Source: Chiloscyllium plagiosum (Eukaryota). Taken from it: a stretch of 61,580 bases of DNA. The stretch covers positions 10,587,271 to 10,648,850 of the forward strand of contig NC_057749.1 of assembly GCF_004010195.1 (NCBI RefSeq), written 5' to 3'. The notes beneath the pieces are model-generated. The model saw nothing but the letters and a program-made list of their open reading frames with translations, was not told where the DNA came from and ran no database searches. The position numbers were made by a program, and so were the translations under genes. This document shows, piece by piece, positions 1 through 12,470 of this stretch. Numbering within the stretch: position 1 is the stretch's first letter; every line of letters starts with the position of its first letter.

Positions 1-204
1 TGAAATGAGCTGCCAGAGGAAGTGGTGGAAGCTGGTATAATTGCAACATTTAAAAGGCATTTGGATGGGTATATGAATAGGAAGGGTTTGGAGGGATATG
101 GGCCGGGTGCTGGCAGGTGGGTCTAGACTGGGCTGGGATATCTGGTCGGCATGGACGAGTTGGACCGAAGGGTCTGTTTCCGTGCTGTACATCTCTATGA
201 CTCT
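1..204 (+). mobile_element. CR1-like LINE 3' end
   Basis: Ends with NELPEEVVEAG...FKRHLDGYMNRKGLEGYG and a ctctatgactct tail. Confidence 0.9.
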
Positions 205-499
205 AAATGAGTTGTGGTACTCCACACAATGGCCTGGTAAGAAGGATGCAGATAGGATGGGCTGGTACTTCTACCTGCTTGCCCAATCGCTTTTCAATAC
301 AAAAGCAACTTCTGTGCCGAAGGCCCTGTCTATTCAAATAAACCCTCCAACCCTCTTATGGAAACTGCAAGTCACAAACAAGGAAAAGACATTGCTCCCT
401 GTACCACATAACATCTTTTAACCAAAAAGGATAGCTGTTGTTCATAAAAGAGCAAATAACATGTCAGTTTCTTGCCACAAAGTCACAAGATTCCAAGAT

Positions 500-716
500 A
501 GAGCCTCACTCTGGGAATTCAGATTGACAGTCCAGTGCAGTACTGAGAGAGTGCTGCTGTGTCTGAGGTGCTGTCTTTCAGATGTGACTGAGGGACTTAA
601 ACTGCCACTTGGGGGTGATGTGAAAGATCCCAAAGAACAGGGGAACACTCCCTCTGACCTGACCAGGTAGTTATCCCTCAATCAGCGAAGCAAAAACAGA
701 TTAACTACTCATTATC
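500..716 (+). mobile_element. Old Deu-domain SINE fragment (SacSINE/AmnSINE-like)
   Basis: gtgcagtactgagagagtgctgc...gaggtgctgtctttcagatg...aaagatccc...tatccctcaatc matches the recalled Deu-domain consensus. Similar remnants at ~37450-37665 (-), ~38780-38990 (+) and ~44725-44920 (+). Confidence 0.6.
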
Positions 717-717
717 C

Positions 718-918
718 ATGATATGGAGGTGCCGGTGTTGGACTGGGGTGGACAAAGTCAGAAATCACCTGATGCCAGGTTCTAGTCCAACAGGTTTATT
801 TGAAATCACAAGCTTTCGGAACACTGCTCCTTCATCGGGTGAAGGCTGACCCTCTGTGTTCATCTGACGAAGGAGCAGCGCTCCGAAAGCTTGTGATTTC
901 AAATAAAACTTGCTGGAC
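718..918. mobile_element. Fold-back PLE-derived mini-element, family A, with a hammerhead motif in each arm
   Basis: Arms ~785-843 and 859-918 are reverse complements around a 15-nt spacer. Plus-strand core CTGACGA-aggagc-agc-gctcc-GAAA-GCTT at 864-892; the left side is longer. Confidence 0.8.
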
Positions 919-1419
919 ACCCAAAACGTAGGAAAGATTCAACCCCATTGCTGTGGGTCTGGAGTCACGTGTAGGCCAGATTGGGAGATTTCCTTCCCTG
1001 AAGGATGTTCAGTGAATCTGAAGGATTTTTACCACAATCAGCAGAAGTTACATGGCTGCCATTAGGTTAACTTTTATTATTTCTTTTCTGTTGAATTCAA
1101 ATTTCACCATGCACCATGGTGGGATTCAAACCCTTCCTATTCATGTACCCATCCAGATGCCTTTTAAATGTGATAATTGTACCAGCATCCACCACTTCCT
1201 CTGGCAGCTCATTCCATTTACTTGGGTTTCTGGCTTACTCGTCCAGTTATATTCCTGCCACACCTCCCTTTCAAAGTTGCTGTAAAAATGGATCTATGAG
1301 AAGGTTAAGGGGAAAGTGGAGTTAAGTGTACACTCAGATTGGCTGTGACCTTATTCAATGACAGAGTAGGCTCGAATGGCTCATGGTCTGCAGCTGCTTC
1401 CAATTCTTGTCTACCACCT

Positions 1420-1690
1420 TGGGCGGCACGGTGGCTCAGTGGTTAGCACTGCTGCCTTACAGCACCAGGGTCCCAGGTTTGATCCCAGCCTCGGGTAACT
1501 GTCTGTGTGGAGTTTGCACGTTCTCCCAGGTTTGCTCTGGTTTCCTCCCACAGGTCAGGTAAATTGGCCATGCTAAATTGCCCATAGTGTTAGGTGCATT
1601 AGTCAGAGGGGAAATGGGTCTGGGTGGATTACTCTTCAGAGGACTGGTTGGGCTGAAGGGCCTGTTTTCACACGTAGGGAATCTAATCAC
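1420..1690 (+). mobile_element. HE1-like SINE
   Basis: gggcggcacggtggctcagtggttagc head and gggaatctaatc tail. Confidence 0.9.
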
Positions 1691-2277
1691 ATTTCCTAGA
1701 ACAGTAACCACATTTTGAAAGGATCATTGGCTGTAAAACACTGTGAGGTGCCGCATAAATGCAAACTTTTCATTTCTTGATCTGAGCTGATAAAGCTCTG
1801 AATCAGGAACAAAGGTATAACATGCCCACTAAAGAGAGATTTGAAAGGATGTGTAAAACAGCATGTCACACAGAGGGACTGGTGTGCTGCTCTATAATCA
1901 AAGCTTTTAGCATTTTGGAATCATTCTCGTCCAAATATCTTTTTGTTTAAATAAGGAAAACGTAAGTCAGACAACCCAGGCTCAGAACGCACATCAGTTT
2001 TGCATATTTCAATTAAAATATCAAATCTTCCAATTCCATTCTTTGCATTTTTACATAATCCATTTGGGTTATTTAAATGAGGAGGGTGTTGCTCCTGTTT
2101 AAATGATCACATTTGCATTGTTCAGCTAATCCATTGATTTGTTCTAGTTGAAAGTCAAATGTATTCATGCTTTTTGCACTGCGCTGTCTTGACATAGCAA
2201 GCTCCCTGGGATGTTTCACTCATCGATGCACATAATACAGATTGTAAGGTTGATCCCTATAGGCCTTTAGGCTGAGA

Positions 2278-2443
2278 AACACTACACACATAAACATAAA
2301 ACACAGGCACACACACACAGAGACACAGACACACAAACACAGGCGTGTGCACACACACACATAAACAAACCCACACACACACAGACACACACGCAGACAC
2401 ACATGCAGACACACGCACAGACACACACGCACAGACACACGCA
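2278..2443. repeat. Imperfect (CA)n microsatellite
   Basis: Visible CA/CAGA runs. Confidence 0.9.
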
Positions 2444-2524
2444 TAAATATATAGAAAATTGTCTCTATGATCTGGGTTTGTTCATCCCAAACACAAAGCC
2501 ACCCAAATGCCCCCACTCAGCAAA

Positions 2525-3055
2525 CACCAAAGAACAAAGACTAATATGGGAACAGGCTCTTCGGCCCATCTAGCCTGCACTGACACATGACGCCTTTTCT
2601 AAACTAAAAGCCTTTCGTCTTAATCTGTCAAGATGCCTCTTAAATGCCATTGTATCTGCTTCTAGCACCCCCTCTGGCAGCTCATTCCAGGCACTTACCA
2701 GCCTCTGTGTAAAAAACCTCATGTACCCAGTAATTGATCTGGGATAAGGACTCTATCCATTTGATCCTTGCCTCATTGGATGCCCCTAGCCTCTGATGTT
2801 CAAGTGAAAACAAACCAAGTTTGTCCAATCACGCCTCATAGCTAATCCCTTTAAACCAGGCAACATCCTGGTAAACCCTTTCTGTACCCTCTCCAAAGCC
2901 TTCACATCCTTCTGGTCATGTGGCGACCAGAAGTGTACACAATATTCCAATTGTCGACTAGCTAAAGCTCTATACAGCTGCAATGTAACTTGCCAATTTT
3001 TATATCTGTGCCCCGACGAATGAAGGCAAGCGTACTATATGCCTCTTTACCAGCT
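2525..3055 (-). mobile_element. CR1-like LINE 3' fragment
   Basis: LEYCVHFWSP...LERVQKGFTRMLPGL motif. Confidence 0.88.
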
Positions 3056-3069
3056 AATCTATTTGCTTT

Positions 3070-3804
3070 GTTGAAAAATGTGGTGCTGGAAAAACACAGC
3101 AGGCCAGGCAGCATCCAAGGAGCAGGAGAATCGACGTTTCGGGCATAAGCCCTTCTTCAGGAATGAGGCTGGTGTGCCAAACGGGCTGAGATAAAAGGTA
3201 GGGAGTATGGAATTTGGTGGAGTGGTGCTGGGAATACGATAGGTGGAAGGAGGGTGATAGGCCGGAGAGGGGGTGGGGGCGGAGAGATCGGGAAGAAGAT
3301 TGCAGGTCAAGAGGGCGGTGCTGANNNNNNNNNNNNNNNNNNNNNNNNNNNNNNNNNNNNNNNNNNNNNNNNNNNNNNNNNNNNNNNNNNNNNNNNNNNN
3401 NNNNNNNNNNNNNNNNNNNNNNNNNNNNNNNNNNNNNNNNNNNNNNNNNNNNNNNNNNNNNNNNNNNNNNNNNNNNNNNNNNNNNNNNNNNNNNNNNNNN
3501 NNNNNNNNNNNNNNNNNNNNNNNNNNNNNNNNNNNNNNNNNNNNNNGGCCTGAAATAAAAGGTAGGGGGGAGGGAATTTGGGGGAGGGGCACTGGGAATA
3601 CGATAGGTGGAAGGAGGTGAGGGAGAGGGTGATATGCCGGAGAGGGAGTGGGGGCGGAGAGGTCGGGAAAAAGATTGCGGGTCAAGAGGGCGGTGCTGAA
3701 TCCAAGGGTTGGGACTGAGATAAGGTGGGGGGGAGGGGAAATGAGGAAGCTGGAGAAATCTGCATTCATCCCATGTGGTTGGAGGGTTCCTAGGCGGAAG
3801 ATGA
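3070..3804 (-). mobile_element. Penelope-like element 3' end (Neptune-like) spanning an assembly gap
   Basis: Minus strand encodes FIFRLGTLQPHGMNADF, typical of the PLE GIY-YIG C-terminus. A pyrimidine-rich 3' UTR follows, then the hammerhead CTGAAGA-agggc-ttat-gccc-GAAA-CGTC (~3133-3160). Confidence 0.8.
3325..3546. other. Assembly gap
   Basis: Run of N. Confidence 1.
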
Positions 3805-6164
3805 ACCTGGGTCCCTGGCGCTATGAGGCAGCAGTGCTAACCACTGAGCCATCATGCTGCCTTACAGCATTGCTTCAGGGAAATCGGAGAGTGGAGCTAA
3901 TTATGTAGCTTTCATAACCAGAAATAGGTCATTCAGCCCAAACACCAGGGCATTCTGAACCTGATACTAACCAAACCAGAAATCTATTTTAAGTATGCCC
4001 AGGCAATTATTCTACTTTGAAGTAATTGTTTTAATCATTCACCCCCCCCATCATAAAAAGTAGTTATTAACAGAGGACCGCTCCGTAGCAATGGGAGAGC
4101 GTAATGCTATGTTATTGGTACAAGTAAATTGCAAGCTCTTTATCTCTGAGCTAGGAGACCCAGGTTCAAACCCTAGAGGTGGGCAATTACATCTCTGAAA
4201 ATATCTGCAAGTTCTTTTGAGGTGTTATTCATGTCCTACTGAGTGAGTCTTTAGCAAAAAAGACTGCAGACAATAGAGGAAAATATGGAACTTCTGAATG
4301 TCTCTGACATAAATACTGCCCCACAGTGAAAAACCAGTAATACTGGGAAATGGGCATACAGGTCATACTGGAGCTCCATTTTGAGGTATACATGACAGGT
4401 CAGACCAGTAAATATCATTTACAACTGCTTTTACTGGTTTAACCTACTGGGCCATGAAAGCAGTTTAATTCAAGTAACGGGAAGCAAAGCCTAGGAACAA
4501 AATATTTTTTGAGGTGAACATTTTAAAAAATTATGAAGTAAAGCAGTGAGATGGAATTAGGTCACCCACAACCTAACTCCGTGATGGAACAGGCTTGAGG
4601 TCTGACTGCACTGGTATTAGCATGAGGACTGAACACTTTCCTGTTCCTTTGCTCCTCACCCCTTCTTCCTCACTCTGAGAGATTCCATAGGGAGAAACCA
4701 TCCATCCCTTGAGGGCGAATAAGGATGGAAAATAAATGCTGGCCTTCCTAGTGACACCCACATCCCAAAAATAATAAAGCAAACACAGCCTAAACAAAAC
4801 GGGCTAGGCTTTCAGGAGTTAAGGTGAGCAAACACTTCGACACACAAGGGGAGGTAGAAATAAAGCTCTCTTCCACAAATGGCAATTGATGCTCGGCCGT
4901 GTGAATCGTACATCTGAGAGTAATGCATTTCTGTCAAGTCAAGGTAGTAAAGGGTCATACTGGAGCTAGGTACATGGTAGCAGAGGTAGGTACAAGGAGT
5001 CTAATCATACATCAATTATTATCCCATTCATTCGGGCATGTCATTCTTTGGACAGCCAAATGTTTACCGATGTTCCCCATGACTGGCCTTTCACATGCTC
5101 CCAGCACATTTGTTTCAGATTTTGCATTTCTTTTCTGAGAAATGGAAACAAAGGAGCCTGGTTGGCATTGACACCCAGTTCAGCCTCAAAGTGGCAGAAC
5201 AGACAGGGTTCCTAATATCTTTAGTCTATTCCTGGTGGTAGACTGACAGCTCGGGTGATTATTGGTGCCTGATTGAAGGCTGCTCCGGACCTCCCCTGGG
5301 TCTATGAAGCGAAATTGCATTTCTAATTGAAATGTTCACAGGGAAGATTCATGATTACACAAGAGATAGAACCTCAATCAAATACACAGCTCCTGCACGC
5401 TCAGCTCATGATGAAGCCGAAATAACAGCAATCATATGGGTCACAAATCAAGCTCTGGCCTGATTGCCTTGAATCTTAAACGCTGATAAAATCATCAGGC
5501 GTCTTTGCTGCTTGCTTGACGGCAGAGACACAACAGCCTTCCTCGCTTATCAGTGAATAACCAGTGCATGTAGTACAATGACTGATTTACCCAAAGATAA
5601 CAGCAACAAATAATTAGTTCAAAATTAACATCTATTTTATCAGAGTCCAATATGGCACCTGTATCATGTGTGAGTGATTCACCTAATTGAGTTAACGTTC
5701 ATCTTATTTCACTCATAAATTGTTCATATCCATCCACCACATACCTCTCACAAAGACTGACTGACCTACATTTTACTGGAACCTCAGTGGCTCAGAAGGT
5801 CCTGAAGCACTTCACAGTCAATGTAGTATTTTGTGAAGGGTAGTCTGTGTTAATTAGAAAGAGCAATCTTCCATTCATTTCACAGATTTTGTAAGCTCAG
5901 GGTATCCCCAGGTGCTCCGCGAGCAGTGAGGCCCTATTGCAACATACTCGCCACCATTATAAAGGAAAACACACTCAGCAAGGCGCCAAAGAACACAAGA
6001 TCGTTCATTCATCTCCCTCTCAGTGATGCTGGTTGAGTGATGATACTGGAAGCTCCTTGGTTTTATCTTCCTCAGCTCAGCATCACATCATGAGGACAGC
6101 ACTCGTGACAGTGCAGCACTTCCTTGGTACTCCACAGAAGTGACAGCTTAGCGTACATACTGTA

Positions 6165-6457
6165 AGAGGATTTTGTTTTTAAGGTGAGAGGAAAATGATT
6201 TAAAGACACGGGGGCAACCTTTTTACACAGAGAGTGGTTCGTGTGTGGAATGAACTTACACAGGAAGTGGTGCATGTGAGTACAATTATGACATTAAAAG
6301 ACATTTGGATATGTAAATGAATAGGAAAAGTTTGACAGGTTATGGGCCAAACGCAGGAAGTGGGACTAGTTTAGTTTGGGATTATGGTCAGCAGGGATTG
6401 GTTTGACCAAAGGGTCTATTTCCATGCTGTATGATGCTATGACAATGATTCTATAAC
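6165..6457 (+). mobile_element. CR1-like LINE 3' end
   Basis: FFTQRVVRVWNEL-like motif and CR1 3' UTR. Confidence 0.85.
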
Positions 6458-6479
6458 TGACACAACAACATTTCAGATG

Positions 6480-6760
6480 ACTTGGTTTGATTTATTATTG
6501 TCACTTGTACCCAAGTACAGTGAAAAGTTTTGTTTTGCATGCAGTACCGGTAGATCATGCCACACAAAGTGCATTAGGGTATTAGAACACAGTGAGGAAT
6601 ACAATGTTACGGCTGCAGAGGAGATACACAGAGAGCGAGATCAACATTAGGTTTAAAACTTATGAAGTCCATTCAGCAGGGAAGCAGGGTAAGCAGCTGT
6701 TCTTAAACCTGTTCATTTGTGTGCACAGAACTTTATATCTTCTGTCTGACGGAAGAGGAT
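6480..6760 (-). mobile_element. Rex1/Babar-like LINE 3' end
   Basis: Minus strand encodes LPSDRRY...NRFKNSC, a Rex1-type C-terminus; its tail matches the plus-strand copy at 11302-11510. Confidence 0.6.
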
Positions 6761-8574
6761 GACAAGGGGGTGGGGGTGGGGGGTGGAAGAGGGGGTGGGA
6801 GGGGTTGGATTACAATCGTTGCTTTCCTGAGGCAGCTGGAACTTTCTGACTCGGGGCAAGAGGGTCGCCGTTAAAATGATTATTTTCTTTTCATTCAGTG
6901 TAAGCATCAGGGACTAGCCCAGCATTTAATGCCCATTCCTGAGTTCCATGGGGGAGATGGTGGAGAGCTGCCTTCTTGAACAGTTGGCAGTCCTTGAAGA
7001 TAGACCCCCGTGCTATCAGCTATCAACACTGAAACTAAAAACTGGAATGAAGCCACACTTGTGACATCCCTGGCTCTTAAAAATATAAAGTATTGTGCAG
7101 ACCCAGAAACCTACATAAAAGGGCTAGGTACTGCATACCATAAACTAATGTGTTGAGACAGCACTTGTAACTGTGGTTCAAAGACAGAATATACATTGAT
7201 CTGAGGCATGCTTCACTTTTTAATTCCTAAAGCGATAAGTAAAACATGACTTTAAAGCTGTGCATCTCCCATAAGGTAACGTTGAATATTCACCCCTTGC
7301 ATTGCACTGGAGGAATCGTGCGGCTCTGCTCAAGCTGCATTACCAATTACAATCCAGCAGGAGGAGCTCATTCACTGTCCTCCTGAAACTTTGACCAGCA
7401 CGTTGCTTACACCATGATAAGGAACGCAGGGATTGTTCTCTCCCTGTGTGGTTTACCTGTGTAAATCACTGCCCTCCAAAGCAACTTATTATGGCTGGTT
7501 TCAATAAGATACAAGATAAATACAAATATTATGATGACAGATATATTTAGCCCTTTCACCTGCTTTCAATTGAGTCTTGATGGAGTCTGGTTGAGTGACG
7601 AGATTCTACAAAAGCACAATGGACTGACTGCTGCCTTTGGACTCTGATCCTCACTCACTCCCCCCACCCCACGTAAACTTAGACTCAATTAAGTGACTGC
7701 AATTTTTCTCAAGGCAGCTCCACTGACACGAATTTGCCCAGAACAAAAGGCTTTGCACTCCATCACAGCACCAGGCAGTTTCTAAAGGATCCCAAATTTG
7801 GCCCTCACTTGAAGCCTATTCTATGTTTCGCAGCCTCTAGGGAGAGAGAAATGGAGTGACCAATCCGAGGCTGACACATCTCTCCGTGGATGCTGCCAGT
7901 CCTCCTGAGTTTCTCCACTATTTTCTGTTTGTTTCAGAATTCCAGCATCTAAAGTATTTTGCTTTCATTTGCTTCTGTTCGACTGTGTGAGGAGTATTGA
8001 GCATAAATGTAGCTTATTTCTAGTCTGCACTTGTGTGATCTGTTATTGGTTAATTTGTTTTCTCTGTTCCTATTTATACTACCGCCTTCTTCCATTAATA
8101 TACAGAACAGACACAAGTCCAGTTATTGCTTATTTTTGTTATTATTTATGTTTTGGCAGGGATAGACAAATTCACGATTTTGATTTCACTGATCCCGAGG
8201 ATTTACTTTAATCATTGGAACTTACAGTGCAGAAGTTGGCCACTTGGCCCTTTGAGTCTGTGTTGGTTTTTGAGAGTCGTGCTTAATCCCACATCCATGT
8301 TTTTTAATCCATAGCACTCTCGGTTTCTTATTTCTTAAATACCTGTCCAGCTCCCTGTTAGCATTAATGACCATTGAGCTTTCAATTCAAGCATTTCAGA
8401 TCCAGACAAACACCCAGATACCTTCTTGTGATTACCCTCTCAGGTTCCTTTTGGGTTGACTATTGTAGGGCATTCCCATTGACTGTTCACAAATCTACGA
8501 CACCAAGCTTTCAAACTCCTACATAAGCTTTGCTGATTCATGTTTGTGGATCTTAGCAAATCCAAAGTTCTGAA

Positions 8575-8885
8575 CATTTGGCCCATCGAGTCTGTACTGG
8601 CCCTCCAACGAACATCACACACAGACCCAACTCCCCCACCCTATCTCTGTTACCCTGCATGGCTATCTAGCCTGCGTATCCCTGGACCCTATGGGCAATT
8701 TAGCATGGCCAGTCCACCTAACTTGCACATCTTTGGACTGTGGGAGGAAACCTGAGCACACAACAGAAACCCACACAGACACAGGAAGAACGTACAAACT
8801 CTGCACAGTTACACGAGGCTGGAATTTGAACCTGGGTCCCTGGCGCTGTGAGGCAGCAGTGCTAACTACTGAGCCACTCAGCCAC
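8575..8885 (-). mobile_element. HE1-like SINE
   Basis: Same head and body as the other copies, reverse orientation. Confidence 0.85.
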
Positions 8886-9470
8886 CTGGGGGTAATGATT
8901 GACCAGAAACTTGAACTGGACCAGTCAGGTAAATATTGTAGCTACAAGAGCAATTGAGAGGCTGGGAATTCTGTGTCAAGTTAATAACCTCCTAACTCCT
9001 CAAAGCCTGCCCACCATCTACAAAGCCAAAGTGAGGAGAACAATGGAGTACACTGCACTTTCCTGCAGCAAGATGTTTCACACCAACTGAGATAAAGCAA
9101 CAAGCTTGACTGGCACCACATCCACTAACATTGCTCCACCCATGCAGAGTGGCAGCAGTGTGTACCGTCTACGAAATGTACTGCAGTAACTCAACAAGAC
9201 GCCTCAGTCAGCACATTCCACACCTATCACCGCTAACACAGAGAGGGACAAGGGCTGCAGGTCCAAGGGAACGCTGTCACTTGCAAGCTCCTCTCCAAGC
9301 ACTCACTGCTGTGTCCCAGAACTATATCATCGGCACGGGATCAAAACATTGGAATTCCATCTCTAACAGTACTGTGGGTGTACCGCTCCCATGCAGTTCA
9401 AGAAGGTGGCTCCTCAGGGCAATTAGGGATGGACAACAAATGCCAGCCTAGCCAGGGTGCCCACATCCTG
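8886..9470 (+). mobile_element. CR1/L2-clade LINE 3' fragment (second family)
   Basis: LGVMIDQKL...TIYKAKVRRTMEY and the tail gggcaattagggatgg...gcccacatcc. Related 3' pieces at ~930-1125, 10985-11300, 12600-13110, 15335-15630, 18110-18410, 19760-20010, 34535-34860 and 41412-41720. Confidence 0.75.
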
Positions 9471-9519
9471 TCAATCAACAACATAAGCACGAGGACCATG
9501 TCAAAAAGCCAGAATTCTG

Positions 9520-9630
9520 TACACACAAACATTATCACAACCACCTGATGAAGGAGCAGCGCTCCGAAAGCTAGTGCTTCCAATTAAACCTGTTGGACTA
9601 TAACCTGGTGTTGAGTGGTTTTTAACTTTG
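9520..9630 (+). ncRNA. Single PLE 3' arm (family A) with an intact hammerhead core
   Basis: CTGATGA-aggagc-agc-gctcc-GAAA-GCTA at 9545-9573. Confidence 0.7.
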
Positions 9631-10210
9631 CATTACCATGTGCATTACCAAATTGCATTACAGGTAGCTTTTAAAAAAGAAACAACCGAGACAGGGAAAG
9701 GCTCGTGTCACCAGTGGCTCTCTCAAAATGAATCCTGAGATGATGATCTAATCAAGGAGCTGAAATGACAGCATCAGTCACAAACAAGAAAGCTTTCTTG
9801 GTTTACCAGTATCATCGGAACTCTGAGATTGGATTAGGACATTAAATTCACTCAGAGCTATCTCGTTGAGTGATATTATGTGCAAGCTTTTTGTTGTCAG
9901 TGACTTTTCCAGTGTTCAGGTAGTCTATCGGTTTGCTCTATTTGTCACAGGTGAAAGTGGTGCCTGGTGGTACTGTCTCCACTCAATTATGTGATAAGGA
10001 GCTGAAGATTTATCTGGTAAGCCTGGAGCACTGTCAGATGTCTGCTGCTTTGACATTCTGTCCAAGTGTTGAAGTTCCGCTGTGTGATGCAGTCCATGGG
10101 AGAACATATTGTTCCTCAATCCAACGCCACCAGTGACAGGTTAACAGACCATTCATCTCACATACATCCCTTTAACTCACCCTAACCCTATAATCCTCTC
10201 TCTCTCTCGC

Positions 10211-10745
10211 TTGGAATACTACGGTCAATTCTGGTCTCCCTGCTTTAGGAAAGATGTGAAACTTGAAAGGGTTCAGGGAAGATTTACAGGAATGTTGCCA
10301 GGGTTGGAGGGTTTGATCTATAGGGAGAGGCTGAATAGTCTGGGGCTGTTTTCCCTGGAGCATCTGAGGCTGAGGGGTGACCTTATAGAGATTAATAAAA
10401 TTGTGAGGGACATGGACAGGGTGAATAGATGAGGTCTTTTAGGGTAGGGGAGTCTAAAACTGGAGGGCATAAGGTGAGTGGCAAAAGATTTAAAAGGGAT
10501 CTAAGGGGCGCCTTTTTAACTCAGAGGGTGGTGCGTGTATAGAATGAGCTACCAGAGGAAGTGGTGGAGTCTGGTACAATTACAACATTTAAAAAGGCAC
10601 CTGGATGGTTACATGAAGAGGAAGGGTTTAGAGGGATATGGGCCAAGTGCTGGCAAGTGGGACTAGATTAATGTTGAATATCTGGTCGGCATGGACAGGT
10701 TGGACTGAAGGGTCTGTTTCTATGCTGTTGGTCTCCATGACTCTG
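10211..10745 (+). mobile_element. CR1-like LINE 3' fragment
   Basis: QFWSPCFRKDVKLERVQGRFTGMLPGL...RLRGDLIE motif. Confidence 0.9.
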
Positions 10746-11301
10746 TGGTCCTGGGCTCCAACTCCATTATTCCTTTCCACCATCCAAACAACACCACCCC
10801 CTCCTCAGACACTCCTTCACCACTGCCCCCCTACCTTTTGCCATCACCAACCACCCCTACTCCAGAGCCACCTACTGCGTCACACAACTGTCTCAGAGAA
10901 TACTGAGGAGCCTCAAGAAAATACATTGAGAAATGTTATCCTCTCTTCCAGCTTCTTCCATCAGGGAGAAGATCTAGAAGCTTTTTTTTTCTATTTATTC
11001 ACAGGATAAGGATGTCGCTGGCAAGGTCAGCATTTATTGCCCATCCCTAATTGTCCAGAGGGTAGTTAAGAGTCAACCACATTACTGTGGATTTGAAGTC
11101 ACATGTGGGCCAGACCAGGTAAGGGTCCTTCCCTAAAGGACATTAGTGAACCAGATGGGCTTTTCCTGATGATTAGCAATGAAATCACAGTCAGCATTAA
11201 CCTCTTAATTCCAGATATCTTTGAATTCAAATTCCACCATCAGCCGTAGCGGGATTTGAATCCAGGTCCCCCGAACGTTTCCTGGGTCTCTGGAATAATA
11301 T

Positions 11302-11510
11302 GTACCAATAGATTCAGGAACAGCCTCTTATCTGCTCTTACAAGACTTTTGAACAGACCTCTCATATTTTCGAGTTGATCATTCTCTGCACCTTCTCTGT
11401 AGCTGTCCTATTACCCTGATGTACTTCTGTAAGGTATGATGTGCCTGGAAAGCACACAAAGCAATACATTTCCCTGTATCTCAGTACGTGATAAAATCAT
11501 ATCAAATCAA
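11302..11510 (+). mobile_element. Rex1/Babar-like LINE 3' end
   Basis: TNRFRNSLLSALTRLLN resembles the Rex1-type RFRNSFFPxxIRLLN terminus; atcaaatcaaa tail. Confidence 0.6.
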
Positions 11511-12149
11511 ATTAAAATGCTCAGACAAGCCAGCTGACTGCAGCAAAGCAGCACCATCCAGCCTTAATGATTTTTTCTAAAAAATATAGCCATCAACTTG
11601 TCAAGAACTGTTCCCGTGGCTCCTTCCCCTGCCCTGGCAACACCCTCAGAGGCACAAATGGCAATCACATCAACTAATGAGAACACAGACTTTTAGGTTT
11701 GTTCAACAGATCAGCAAATGAGGTACAAGATATTATCACTCATCAGTGTCACTGCCACGTCTCACAGATACAGCGGAGATCCAGAGCACGCAGCTTATCC
11801 ACTCAACTAGTGAAGGCAGGAGGCCTGGGGTAGCCCTCACGTACAAAACCTCCAGGCTGATGGGAAATTCTCTTCATTTCGCCCCCTGCAGCTCAGAGTG
11901 AAGAGTTTCTTACCAGCTCGGGGCATCCCAAAGGTCCTTTCTAACATGTAGCCCCTTCTTGCAACGTAGGAAATGCGTCAGTCAATCTGCACATAGTAAG
12001 CTCCCATGTGGAGCAATGAGAAAATGTCTAAATGAATACAGAAATTTACTGTGCAGAAGATTTAAGCAAGGGCCTAACATCTAAAAAGCAGCCCATACTA
12101 CAATCCTTCAGCGTTACACACAATTCAGTCTGAATGACATACTCAATGT

Positions 12150-12470
12150 CATCAGAGTCATTGATTCCTCACAGTGCAGATAGAGGCTGTTCAGTTCACA
12201 CTGACTCTCTGAAGAGCATCCCACCTAGACCCACCCCTGTAACCCCACATTTCCCGTGGCTAATCCACCTAGCCTGTGCATCCCTGTATACTAAGGGCAA
12301 TTTAGCATGGCCAATCCAAATAGTCTGCACTTCTTTGGGAAGAAACTGTAGCACCCAGAGGAAACTCATGCAGATAGAGGGAAAACACGCAAACTCCACA
12401 CAGTCACTCAAGGGTGGAATCGAACCCAGGTCCCTAGCACTGTAAGGCCACAGTGCTAACCAGTGCGCTA
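12150..12470 (-). mobile_element. HE1-like SINE subfamily with two imperfect copies of the 51-bp unit
   Basis: ttcccgtggctaatccacctagcctgtgcatccctg...gggcaatttagcatggccaatcc followed by the tRNA-like head. Confidence 0.85.
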
